DNA of 27,185 nucleotides from Polyangiaceae bacterium (lineage in GTDB: Bacteria > Myxococcota_A > Polyangia > Polyangiales > Polyangiaceae), in assembly GCA_044222475.1 (NCBI GenBank), contig JBGANF010000108.1, positions 1-27,185 of the forward strand. Direction: 5' to 3'. Each line of letters opens with the position of its first letter. Within the stretch, counting starts at the first letter, position 1. The position numbers were made by a program, and so were the translations under genes. The notes beneath the pieces are model-generated. The model was not told the origin of the DNA. It made no database searches and worked only from the letters and a program-made list of their open reading frames with translations. This document shows positions 1 to 8,176 of the stretch, piece after piece.

Positions 1-1
1 A

Positions 2-952
2 GCTCGCATCGCGGTGGCGCACGGGCAGATGACGCGTGGGAGTGGCAAAGATGGCGACGGCGGCGGGGCGCTCGAGCAGACGATGGTCGACTTCGTCGAA
101 GGTCGCTACGACGTCCTCGTGGCGACCGCGATCGTGGAGAGCGGGCTCGACATCCCGCGCGCGAACACGATCCTGATCGATCGCGCGGACCTCTTCGGGT
201 TGTCGCAGCTGTACCAGCTGCGCGGGCGTGTCGGCCGAGCGAAGGAGCGCGCGTACTGCTACCTGATCGTGCCGCCGCAGAATTCCCTGACCGACGAAGC
301 GCGCGCCCGCATCGAAGCACTGGAGCGTCACACCGAGCTCGGCAGCGGCTTCCAGGTCGCGTCGCTCGACATGGAGCTCCGAGGCGCGGGTGACATTCTC
401 GGGGGCGAGCAGTCGGGAACGGTCGCGAGCGTCGGGTTCGATCTGTTCTGCCGCATGCTCGAAGACGCGGTGCACGAGCTGCGGGGCGAAGAGGTCGCGC
501 ACGACGTCGATCCCGAGCTCTCGTTCGACGTGCCGGCGCTCTTGCCGGAGGACTACGTCGGCGACGTCGGAGTGAGGCTCTCGCTCTACAAGCGCCTCGC
601 GAGCGCGATCGACGAAGACCACGTGCGCGAGCTGGGCGAAGAGATGGAGAACCGCTTCGGCCCGCCGCCGGAGGACGCGCGGCGGTTGCTCCACCTGATG
701 TCGATCAAGACGGAGCTTCGTCGCATGCGGGTGCTCGGCTGCGAGGCGACGTCGCGCTCGGTGACCCTGCACCTGCGCGAGGACACGCCGCTGGATCCGA
801 AGAAGATCACCGAGCTGGTCCGCGGAGCGAAGAGCCCGTGGAGGCTGACGCCGGACATGAGGCTGACGAGGCGCTTCGACGGGACGCTGGCGGGGATCGC
901 CAACTGCGAGACGATGCTGAACGATCTGGCGAAGTGCCTGAAGGACGGCTGA
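2..952 (+). CDS. mfd: Transcription-repair coupling factor, C-terminal part (5'-truncated by window)
   Basis: Helicase motifs AHGQM, VLVATAIVESGLDIP, GLSQLYQLRGRVGR; TRG region LGSGFQVASLDMELRGAGDILGGEQSG; C-terminal TRCF domain (RLSLYKRL...ENRFGPPP). Frame is open from base 2. Confidence 0.97.
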   Translation, partial: ARIAVAHGQMTRGSGKDGDGGGALEQTMVDFVEGRYDVLVATAIVESGLDIPRANTILIDRADLFGLSQLYQLRGRVGRAKERAYCYLIVPPQNSLTDEARARIEALERHTELGSGFQVASLDMELRGAGDILGGEQSGTVASVGFDLFCRMLEDAVHELRGEEVAHDVDPELSFDVPALLPEDYVGDVGVRLSLYKRLASAIDEDHVRELGEEMENRFGPPPEDARRLLHLMSIKTELRRMRVLGCEATSRSVTLHLREDTPLDPKKITELVRGAKSPWRLTPDMRLTRRFDGTLAGIANCETMLNDLAKCLKDG

Positions 953-961
953 ACGGCCCGC

Positions 962-984
962 GAGCCCGATCGAGGCGCGGGCTC
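962..984 (+). terminator. GC-rich hairpin after mfd (possible terminator or pause site)
   Basis: GAGCCCG-9 nt-CGGGCTC starting 10 nt after the mfd stop; no U-tract. Confidence 0.3.
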
Positions 985-992
985 TGCCCGGA

Positions 993-1009
993 GTTGCACC
1001 GCATGCAAC
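993..1009. promoter_or_regulatory. LysR-type T-N11-A palindromic operator candidate
   Basis: GTTGCA-CCGCA-TGCAAC, perfect 6-bp arms with T995-N11-A1007, in an AT-richer patch about 100 bp upstream of the DJ-1 gene. Confidence 0.55.
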
Positions 1010-1108
1010 ATATCGTTTTGCCCGGTTTCATTGAATGCACGCACGGGACGACCAACATTCGTGCGCGGCGAGGACGCACCCGTCCCTCGGCCCAGAAGGA
1101 GCGAACCC

Positions 1109-1879
1109 ATGAGCCTCAGAGACCCGAACCGCGCGAACCAGAGCAAGCCGAAGCGCGTCGCGATCGTGATCGCGAACCCGACCACCTCCTCGACCACCGG
1201 CTGGCCGGTCGGCTTCTGGTGGTCCGAGCTGACGCACCCCTACTACGCGTTCAACGAGGCGGGCTACGAGGTCGAGATCTTCAGCCCGTCGGGCGGGAAG
1301 TGCGTCGCGGACGGCATGAGCGACCCGCGGGACTCGAGCGGCTACTCGGCGTCCGACCTCATCAGCATGGGCTTCATCAGCACCCCCAGCCTCGCCGCAC
1401 TCGTGGAGAAGACCAAGCCGGTCTCCGAGATCCCGGTCGCGCGCTTCGACGCGATCGTCGTCGCCGGCGGTCAGGCGCCGATGTTCTCCTTCGAGAAGGC
1501 GACGGATCTGCACGCGAAGTTCGTCGAGTTCTACGAGGCTGGCAAGATCGCGGCCGCCCTCTGTCACGGCGTGGCGCTCCTTCGCTACGCGAAGCTCTCG
1601 AACGGCAAGCTCCTCGCGAAGGGCAAGACCGTCACTGGCTTCGCCAACGTCGAGGAGGACTTCGCCGACGACGCGGTGTGGAGCATGGGCGCCCTGTCGA
1701 AGGACAAGCACCTGATGCCGTGGCGCATCGAGGACGAGCTCCGGAAGCTCGGCGCGAACTTCGTCCAGGCCGGCCTCTGGCGCGGCTTCGCGGTGCGCGA
1801 CGGAAACCTCGTCACTGGGCAGCAGAACTTCTCGGGCACCGAGACCGCGAACCTCGTCATCGAGACGCTCGGTCGCTGA
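1109..1879 (+). CDS. DJ-1/PfpI (type 1 glutamine amidotransferase-like, Hsp31/glyoxalase III-like) protein
   Basis: GFWWSELTHPY (conserved Glu), FDAIVVAGGQ, nucleophile elbow ALCHG, GKTVTGF, VRDGNLVTGQ. RBS AGGAG precedes ATG 1109. Confidence 0.9.
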   Translation: MSLRDPNRANQSKPKRVAIVIANPTTSSTTGWPVGFWWSELTHPYYAFNEAGYEVEIFSPSGGKCVADGMSDPRDSSGYSASDLISMGFISTPSLAALVEKTKPVSEIPVARFDAIVVAGGQAPMFSFEKATDLHAKFVEFYEAGKIAAALCHGVALLRYAKLSNGKLLAKGKTVTGFANVEEDFADDAVWSMGALSKDKHLMPWRIEDELRKLGANFVQAGLWRGFAVRDGNLVTGQQNFSGTETANLVIETLGR

Positions 1880-1899
1880 CCACGAAGGCGAAATCTCCC

Positions 1900-2796
1900 A
1901 TGACCACATCGACCAGCCTTGGAGCCGAGCTCGCCGGCTCCTGCCACTGCGGGCGCGTGCGCGTTCACATGCCCGAATCGAGTGTCGGCGTCGTCGCCTG
2001 CCACTGCGCCGACTGCCAGAAGCTCCACGGGAACTTCTTCGCGCTCCTGTCCGCCGAGCGGGCCGATGTGCGGTGGGAGGGAGAGGAGAACGTCCAGTGG
2101 TACCGCTCCTCGACCGCCAACGAGCGCGGCTTCTGCAAGCACTGCGGGAGCCGCCTCGCGAAGCGGCCCGTCGAGGGCACGCGGATCATGGTGTCGGCGG
2201 GGCTCTTCGATCGCCAGCTGCCTCGCAAGGTCGTGAAGAACCTCTGGCTCGAGCAGAAGCCAGCCTGGTACGAGGCGCCGCGTATCGGGCCCATGACCCC
2301 GGAGGACTTCGTCGCACTCGCCCTCGCGGAGCCGATCAAGTCCCCAGCGGCGGAGTACGGCTACTCGCTGCGCGCCGCCTCGGGGAGCTCGCGTCCGCCC
2401 GGCGTCATCGCGCTCACCTGGATCGCCGCGAAGAACCCCGAAGAGCGCGAGCGCATCCGCGCGCACTCTCGACAGAACGTGCAGGACTTCGTGACCGAGC
2501 CGGGCTTCATCTCGATCGTCACGGGCTTCACCGGCCTGCGCGGCTTCACCGTGACCGCCTGGGAGGACGAGGCGTCGATGAAGCGCGCGCTCTCGAAGCA
2601 CCACGCCACCGCGATGAAGGAGCTCTTCGCGGAGAACTTCGTCGCGTCCGTGTGGACGAGCGTGTGGACGCCGACGCGGATCAACCGCATCTGGGTGCGC
2701 TGTCCCGCCTGCGGGTCGCTCGAGGACGTCTCCGACGATCATCGGAGCTGCGGCAAGTGCAAGGCCACGCTCCCGGAGCGACCCGCCTTCTGGTGA
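1900..2796 (+). CDS. GFA/CENP-V zinc-binding domain fused to a putative dimeric alpha+beta barrel (DUF3291/ABM-like) domain and a C-terminal zinc ribbon
   Basis: GSCHCGRV...CHCADCQK...RGFCKHCGS (GFA signature); PGFIS...FTVTAWEDEASM...HHATAM; CPAC...CGKC. ATG 1900 lies 20 nt after the DJ-1 stop. Confidence 0.8.
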   Translation: MTTSTSLGAELAGSCHCGRVRVHMPESSVGVVACHCADCQKLHGNFFALLSAERADVRWEGEENVQWYRSSTANERGFCKHCGSRLAKRPVEGTRIMVSAGLFDRQLPRKVVKNLWLEQKPAWYEAPRIGPMTPEDFVALALAEPIKSPAAEYGYSLRAASGSSRPPGVIALTWIAAKNPEERERIRAHSRQNVQDFVTEPGFISIVTGFTGLRGFTVTAWEDEASMKRALSKHHATAMKELFAENFVASVWTSVWTPTRINRIWVRCPACGSLEDVSDDHRSCGKCKATLPERPAFW

Positions 2797-2810
2797 CCAC
2801 GTGTATCCCG

Positions 2811-3806
2811 TCACAGCCCGGGCGGGAGGAGCACCTTGTCGATGACGTGAATGACGCCGTTGCTGTTCGGCACGTCGGTGAAGACGACGTTGGCGGCAGT
2901 GTTCGTCGAGTCGCCGATGGTGACCTTGCCTCCGGCCGCGGTGATCTTGATGGTGTTTCCTTCGACGGTCGCCGGCGTGCTCGTCGCGACATCCTTCTCG
3001 TACACGACCGATCCGAGCACGTGGTACTTGAGGATCTTCCCGAGCTTCACCTTGTCGGCGAGGATCGCGTTGAACGCGTTCGCGCCGATCGCCGTCTTGA
3101 GCGCGTCGAACGCCGCATCGGTCGGTGCGAACACGGTGAACGTGCCCGGACCGCTGAGGGTCGGGGCGAGGTCGGCGGCGACCACGGCGGTGAGGAGCGT
3201 CGAGAACTTCGCTCCCTTTCCGTCGTCGTAGTACTTCGCGGTGTCGGCGATCGTCGGCAGGAGAACGCCGTCGGCGACGTGGATGACTCCGTTCGATGCC
3301 TTGACGTCCGGCGTCGTGACGTTGGTCGATCCGTTGAGCAGGACCTTGCCGCCCGAGCCGTCGACGGAGACCTTCGCGCCGAGGACGCTGTCGACGTCCT
3401 GCTTCTTGCCGAGCAGGGCCGAGGCCGGCGCCTCGCTCGCGATCACGTGGTACTTCAGGATGAGCGCGAGCTCGGTCTGGTAGGGCGCGGTGACGAGCTT
3501 GTCGAGGAGGAACTTCGGCACCTTCGCGAATGCCGCGTCGTCGGGGGCGAGCACGGTGAAGGGGCCGGTGCCGCGCAGCGTCTGCTCGAGGCCAGCGGCT
3601 TGGACCGCGGCGACGAGGGTCTTGAAGTTGCCCGCGCCGATCGCGGTGTCGACGATGTCTTTCTGGGTCGCCGAGTCGACCACTGCAACGTCCTTGCCCG
3701 CGTCGGGCGTGGGCGTCGGTGTGGTGCCCGTGTCGGACGAGCACGCAGCGAGGGCAGCGACGGTGAGGGTGAGCGCAGCGGGACCAAGCTTGGCGAGAAG
3801 ATTCAT
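2811..3806 (-). CDS. Fasciclin (two FAS1 domains) lipoprotein
   Basis: Lipobox ALAAC; two copies of GPFTVLAPDDAAF/GTFTVFAPTDAAF, ILKYHV and SNGVIHV.D.VLLP; RBS GGAGG upstream of ATG 3806. Confidence 0.93.
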   Translation of the reverse strand: MNLLAKLGPAALTLTVAALAACSSDTGTTPTPTPDAGKDVAVVDSATQKDIVDTAIGAGNFKTLVAAVQAAGLEQTLRGTGPFTVLAPDDAAFAKVPKFLLDKLVTAPYQTELALILKYHVIASEAPASALLGKKQDVDSVLGAKVSVDGSGGKVLLNGSTNVTTPDVKASNGVIHVADGVLLPTIADTAKYYDDGKGAKFSTLLTAVVAADLAPTLSGPGTFTVFAPTDAAFDALKTAIGANAFNAILADKVKLGKILKYHVLGSVVYEKDVATSTPATVEGNTIKITAAGGKVTIGDSTNTAANVVFTDVPNSNGVIHVIDKVLLPPGL

Positions 3807-3892
3807 GAGAGAAGACCTCCGATGGAACGTGCGAGCGGAGATGCTTCGCACGCGACCTCGGATGCGCACCGTTCCGACCGCGGTGCGTCGGG

Positions 3893-3921
3893 TGAGCGAT
3901 TCGAAATACGTTGAGCGATTC
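3893..3921. repeat. 10-bp direct repeat in divergent intergenic region
   Basis: TGAGCGATTC at 3893-3902 and 3912-3921. Confidence 0.5.
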
Positions 3922-3962
3922 CGACCGGGTCGGTCTGACGCGCGACGCTGCTAGGATGAGCC

Positions 3963-5189
3963 ATGCGTTTCGCCAAGGCGCTCCTCGCTGTGATCGTCGT
4001 CGCGTGCTCGGGCGGCGGGTCCACCGGCTCTGGCGTGCTCGGTACGCCGACTGGCGTCGTCGCCACGCGGGGACCGCAGTACGTCGATCTGACGTGGATC
4101 GCCGCGGAGAACGCGCAGAGCTACGTCGTCGAGGTCGCCAGCGGGACCGCCTTCGTGCAACTCGCGACTTCCAACAAGACGACCGTGCGCATCGGCGCCT
4201 CGAAGACCTTCCGTTCGATCGACTGGTACACGCTGCGGGTACGCGCAGTGTCCGGTGCCAAGAAGTCCGATCCGAGCGAGACCGTCGAGAGCGCGCCCTG
4301 CGACGACATGTTCTGCATCGACGCGCGGACGAAGCTCGATGCATCCGAGGTCCTCACCTTCACGAAGCTCGATGCCGGTGTCGTCGCGGTCGGCGCGCGT
4401 GCAGGCAACACGGTGGCGTTCCGCTCGACCGATGGTGGGAAGACCTGGCCCGAGAGCACGGTGGCACCGAGCAAGCCGTCGGTCGGGGGCAGCTTTCGCG
4501 TGGCCGCCGCTCGCGGCGTCGCGTTGTTCGCACGCGGCGCCGAGCTGCTCCGCACGACGGATGCAGGCACGACGTTCACGGTGGTCGACTTGCCGTCGGC
4601 GCCGGCCGGCTTGAACGCGTCGCTGTGGGAGGATGGAACGTCGTTCCAGCTCGTTCGCGTGGGCAGCGGCAGCCGCACGCTCTGGAGCTCGCCCGACGGG
4701 TCCACGTGGACGAGCGCAGCGTGCGCGGCATGCGCCGACGCGGTGACGTTCGGCGCCGGCAAGCTCGTGGGTCTCGCGTACGAGGGATTGTCGACACAGA
4801 AGTATTGGGTCGCCACCGCAGCGGCATCGACTCCTTCACAGTGGACGAACGTCGTCCAACTCGGCGTCACCAACACTCCGAGCGGCGACACGCTGGCGAC
4901 GTCACTCGCCACGTTCGCTTGGCAGTCGAGCCCGTGGCACCTCGTGCGGACGACGGACGGAAGCCAGTTTACCGACGTCCCCGGATTGGGAACCTATGCC
5001 ACGGTCTTCTTCGACGGCGACCGAGTGAACGCCTATCGCGCGCTCGACGGAAGTCACGCGACGTCGGCCGACGGCGGCACCTCGTTCACGCCGGTGACCG
5101 TCGACGGCGGCGTGACGCGCTGGCTCCGCATGGGCGATCGCTACGTCGTGCTCGGCACGAGCGGCGTATACGGAGCGACCCCGCTCTAA
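3963..5189 (+). CDS. Lipoprotein with fibronectin type III domain and BNR/Asp-box repeats (probable beta-propeller)
   Basis: Lipobox VVAC; FN3-like PTGVVA...VDLTW...SYVVE...YTLRVRAV; Asp-box-like FRSTDGGKTW, RTTDAGTTF, WSSPDGSTW, RTTDGSQF, TSADGGTSF. Confidence 0.8.
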   Translation: MRFAKALLAVIVVACSGGGSTGSGVLGTPTGVVATRGPQYVDLTWIAAENAQSYVVEVASGTAFVQLATSNKTTVRIGASKTFRSIDWYTLRVRAVSGAKKSDPSETVESAPCDDMFCIDARTKLDASEVLTFTKLDAGVVAVGARAGNTVAFRSTDGGKTWPESTVAPSKPSVGGSFRVAAARGVALFARGAELLRTTDAGTTFTVVDLPSAPAGLNASLWEDGTSFQLVRVGSGSRTLWSSPDGSTWTSAACAACADAVTFGAGKLVGLAYEGLSTQKYWVATAAASTPSQWTNVVQLGVTNTPSGDTLATSLATFAWQSSPWHLVRTTDGSQFTDVPGLGTYATVFFDGDRVNAYRALDGSHATSADGGTSFTPVTVDGGVTRWLRMGDRYVVLGTSGVYGATPL

Positions 5190-5190
5190 C

Positions 5191-5640
5191 ATGCCATCGC
5201 GCTTCGATCCCGTCGCCTTCGTGAAGCTCCACGGCGTCGTCCTCGCTTCGGCGAAGGGCCGCGTGCCCAACCTCGCCGAGGCGGTCGCTGGCGAGCCGAT
5301 CTCCGGCAGCTGGTGGGCTCACCCGAAGGGCAAGCGCATCTTCAACGTGCTCTCCGCGCTCGACGACTCACCCGACGTGCTCGCGTTTCGATGGATCGAC
5401 GGGAAGATCACGTACGCCCACCGCCGCGTGTGGCCGGCGATGACGCGATTGGCCCGCGAGATCGGCGCCTCGCGACTCGCCGTCGTGCGCCAAGAGCACA
5501 CCGAGAGCGGCGCGCACCGGAACGTCGTCATCCCTCATCCCAAATGGGTACCGACGGACGTGGCCGCGGCGGCGCGGAAGCTCACGCTCGACCAAGCGCG
5601 CGCGATCCTCGGCGATGCCCTCAGCCGAAGAGCCCGCTGA
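5191..5640 (+). CDS. Conserved hypothetical protein, possible winged-helix (AlkZ/HTH_42-related) DNA-binding protein
   Basis: Coding-like codon usage; ATG 1 nt after the upstream stop; VPNLAEAVAGEPISGSWWAHP...GKITYAHRRVWP. Fold assignment is from memory only. Confidence 0.6.
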   Translation: MPSRFDPVAFVKLHGVVLASAKGRVPNLAEAVAGEPISGSWWAHPKGKRIFNVLSALDDSPDVLAFRWIDGKITYAHRRVWPAMTRLAREIGASRLAVVRQEHTESGAHRNVVIPHPKWVPTDVAAAARKLTLDQARAILGDALSRRAR

Positions 5641-6181
5641 ACCAGCCGCGCGCTCGCGGCGGAGTCTCGTCGTTCGACGGCGCGACCACGAGCGGCAGCT
5701 CGCGCGAGTCGAACCAGGTGCCATGCTCGGCGCACGTGTCGATCGTGGTCTGCGTGCCGGTGATCGCGGTGCGCGTCATCGGCTTCGCGCACTCCGGGCA
5801 GGCGATGTTCGGCCGCAGGTCGGGCCGAAGCGTGGAGGCGCCGAGCGCCGCGGCGACCTCGTTCTCGAAGTCGGGGTGCGGGCTCCGTCCGAGTTTCTCC
5901 ACCGCCGCGTGGTCGAGGAACACTCCGCCGCACCGCTCGCAGCCATGGATCGTCGTCTCCTGGACGCGCTTCCTCACGAGCGTGTCGAAGCAGCGAGGAC
6001 ACTTCGCCGGCTGCGGCGTGCTCTCCACCGGCGGGCGCACTCGGACGATGATGCGCTCGATCACCTTCGCCCGCGGTACCGAAGTGGTACCGCAGTACGA
6101 ACACGTCGCCACCTCGCTCGCGGCGTTCGGTGAGAGCGGCCCACCGCACTGGGCGCACAGGACGGACTCGTTGGTGCTCAC
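5621..6181 (-). CDS. Multi-zinc-ribbon protein (zf-TFIIB-like domains)
   Basis: GTG start overlaps the upstream TGA (GTGA); CAQC/CSYC, CPRC/CERCGGVFLD, CPEC/CAEHGTWFDSREL. Confidence 0.8.
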   Translation of the reverse strand: MSTNESVLCAQCGGPLSPNAASEVATCSYCGTTSVPRAKVIERIIVRVRPPVESTPQPAKCPRCFDTLVRKRVQETTIHGCERCGGVFLDHAAVEKLGRSPHPDFENEVAAALGASTLRPDLRPNIACPECAKPMTRTAITGTQTTIDTCAEHGTWFDSRELPLVVAPSNDETPPRARGWFSGLFG

Positions 6182-7014
6182 CGCGTCACCCCCTGGGCAG
6201 CGCGCGACGCGACGACCAAACCTTGGAAGCGGAACTCGCGCGCGCGGTCGTACGTGCCGGTCACGTCGAGGCAGACGTCGTCGAAGGTGAGCGCGCGGAT
6301 CCGGCGGAAGCCCTCCTCGTAGAGGAGCGGCAACGGGTAATCGAGACCGAACCGGAGCGGCTCGCCGAGGCTCTCGACGAACGAGCGCGACTCGATGTCC
6401 TTCGGGTTCTTCGGCTCGCCCTGCACGATCTTCCGCCGCACGTGATCGAACACGACGACCGAGCTCGGGTGCGTCCCGTGGGCGAGGCGACGCAGCGTCG
6501 CCCGCACCGCGCCCTCGGTGAGGTACGGCGTCACGCCTTCCCAGACGAAGAACGCCGGTCGGTCCGGCGCGAAGCCCTCGCTCGCGAGGCGCTCGATGAA
6601 GTCCTCGTGCTCGAAGTCGCACGTCACGTACGTGGCGCTCGCGACCGGGTAGTCGCCGAGCGCGGCGAGGCGGCCGAGCTTCTCCTTCTGCGTCGCCGCA
6701 CGATCGACCTCGAAGAACCGAACCCCGGCGCGCGCGAGGCGCGCCGCGCGTGTGTCGAGGCCCGCGCCGAGCATGACGACTTGGTCGACGCCGTTCTCGA
6801 TGCGCTCGCGCAGCCGCGCGTCGATGAACGCCGTGCGCACGGCGATCCACAGCTCCATGTGACCGTAGACCTCGTCGTAGGCCCGGGCGATCGCGAAGCC
6901 GTCGTCCCCGGCGAGGCGCGCAGCCCACGGATCGTTGCAGATTGCATCTTTTGCCGCGGTCGCGCGCGCGCGATAGGCGGCGACCATGGCGGCGGTGCGG
7001 CTTGCTTCGGACAT
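6178..7014 (-). CDS. SAM-dependent methyltransferase, leucine-carboxyl methyltransferase (LCM/TIGR00027-like) family
   Basis: SRTAAMVAAYRA, DPWAARLAG, VRTAFID, QVVMLGAGLDTRA, FFEVD, WEGVTPYL. Confidence 0.92.
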   Translation of the reverse strand: MSEASRTAAMVAAYRARATAAKDAICNDPWAARLAGDDGFAIARAYDEVYGHMELWIAVRTAFIDARLRERIENGVDQVVMLGAGLDTRAARLARAGVRFFEVDRAATQKEKLGRLAALGDYPVASATYVTCDFEHEDFIERLASEGFAPDRPAFFVWEGVTPYLTEGAVRATLRRLAHGTHPSSVVVFDHVRRKIVQGEPKNPKDIESRSFVESLGEPLRFGLDYPLPLLYEEGFRRIRALTFDDVCLDVTGTYDRAREFRFQGLVVASRAAQGVTR

Positions 7015-7056
7015 TTCTTGGCCGTCGAGCATACCGCGTGACGTAAGCTCCGGCGC

Positions 7057-8145
7057 ATGCTCCTTCCGACGACGATGGTGGGCTCGTACCCGCGCCCCGC
7101 TTGGTACCGGTACCAGCTCGAAGGCCGTGACGTCCTCGAGGCTTGGAAGGTCATCCACCACGCCGAAGCGTACGAAGACGCGACGCGCACGGTCCTCTGC
7201 GATCAAGAGCTCGCCGGGCTCGACATCCTCACCGACGGCCAGATGTGGTTCGACGACTACTCGATGGGGATCGGCGCCTTCCTCTGGTACTGGCTCGAGC
7301 GCATCTCCGGCTTCGGCAAGGAGAAGCTCATCCACCCCGCGCGAGCCAAGGCCAACGCGGACGCGTGGGAGCTCGACGAGGTCGGCGGCGTCGCGGTGCG
7401 CGGACCGATCGAGCGCGGCCCGGTGCGACTCGCGGAGCTCTACCGGATCGCGCAGCGCAACACGAAGCGACCCATCAAGGCGTGCGTCGGTGCCGGTCCG
7501 GTGCAGCTGTCGACGCTCGCGCACTTCGAGGCCGGGCCGGTGAAGAACCGCTACGAGCTCGCCGACGCCTTGGCGGACGTGTTCCGCGCGGAGATCCACG
7601 AGCTCGTCGGTGCAGGATGCAAGCACGTCCAGCTCGAAGATCTCGGCGCGTGGATCCCAAACCTCAGCGGCGAGAAGGACTTCTCGTGGGTGAAGAACGT
7701 CGTCCATCGCACGCTCGACGGCGTCGGCGGTGCGGCCGCCACGTCGTGGCACTTCTGCCTCGGCAACGTGTGGGGCAACCCGATGAAGGGCATGACCGCG
7801 GGCGGCTACCCGCGAATCCTGCCGCGCTACTTCGACGTGAACGTCGGGCAGTTCGTCCTCGACTTCGCGTGCCGCGAGATGGAGGGCGTCGAAGTGCTCC
7901 GCGATCTCCCGCGGGAGAAGACCGTCGCGGTCGGCGTGATCGACGTGCGCTCGCTCCAAGTCGAGGCGCCGGAGCAGGTCGCCGAGCGCATTCGAAAGGT
8001 CCTCGCGGTGATCGAACCGGAGCGCGTCACCCTGACGACCGATTGCGGGATGAAGCAGCTACCCCGCCCCTGCGCGTTCGAGAAGCTGCGCTCCCTCGTG
8101 CGAGGCGCCGAGATCGTGAGGAGGGAGCTCTCGGGTTCCTCTTGA
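7057..8145 (+). CDS. Cobalamin-independent methionine synthase II family (single-barrel MetE-like) Zn enzyme
   Basis: PTTMVGSYPRP, QELAGLDILTDG, Zn ligands WHFCLGN and TTDCG, GVIDVRS...E.PEQVAERI. Confidence 0.88.
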   Translation: MLLPTTMVGSYPRPAWYRYQLEGRDVLEAWKVIHHAEAYEDATRTVLCDQELAGLDILTDGQMWFDDYSMGIGAFLWYWLERISGFGKEKLIHPARAKANADAWELDEVGGVAVRGPIERGPVRLAELYRIAQRNTKRPIKACVGAGPVQLSTLAHFEAGPVKNRYELADALADVFRAEIHELVGAGCKHVQLEDLGAWIPNLSGEKDFSWVKNVVHRTLDGVGGAAATSWHFCLGNVWGNPMKGMTAGGYPRILPRYFDVNVGQFVLDFACREMEGVEVLRDLPREKTVAVGVIDVRSLQVEAPEQVAERIRKVLAVIEPERVTLTTDCGMKQLPRPCAFEKLRSLVRGAEIVRRELSGSS

Positions 8146-8169
8146 AAAGTCTTACATAAGTGGTAATGT
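8142..8169 (+). promoter_or_regulatory. Sigma70-like promoter candidate for the DUF3105 gene
   Basis: TTGAAA (8142-8147), 16 nt spacer, extended -10 TGn-TAATGT (8164-8169), 7 nt before ATG 8177. Confidence 0.5.
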
Positions 8170-8176
8170 GGGCGCC

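Noticed and set aside
838..1899. N-terminal 354 aa of the 652-aa ORF 838..2796
   Set aside because: Arg-rich off-frame shadow over mfd and the DJ-1 gene; the real protein starts at ATG 1900.
1585..4344. 919-aa minus-strand ORF and 613-aa ORF 2073..3914
   Set aside because: Alternative frames of real genes; stop codons are scarce at high GC; no motifs.
6182..6928. Extension of ORF 5621..6928 suggesting a methyltransferase/zinc-ribbon frameshift fusion
   Set aside because: An ordinary GTGA coupling explains it; I see no slippery sequence and both genes look complete.
7015..7959. N-terminal extension of the 593-aa ORF 6178..7959
   Set aside because: Antisense to the MetE-like gene; methyltransferase similarity starts at MSEASRTA (7014).
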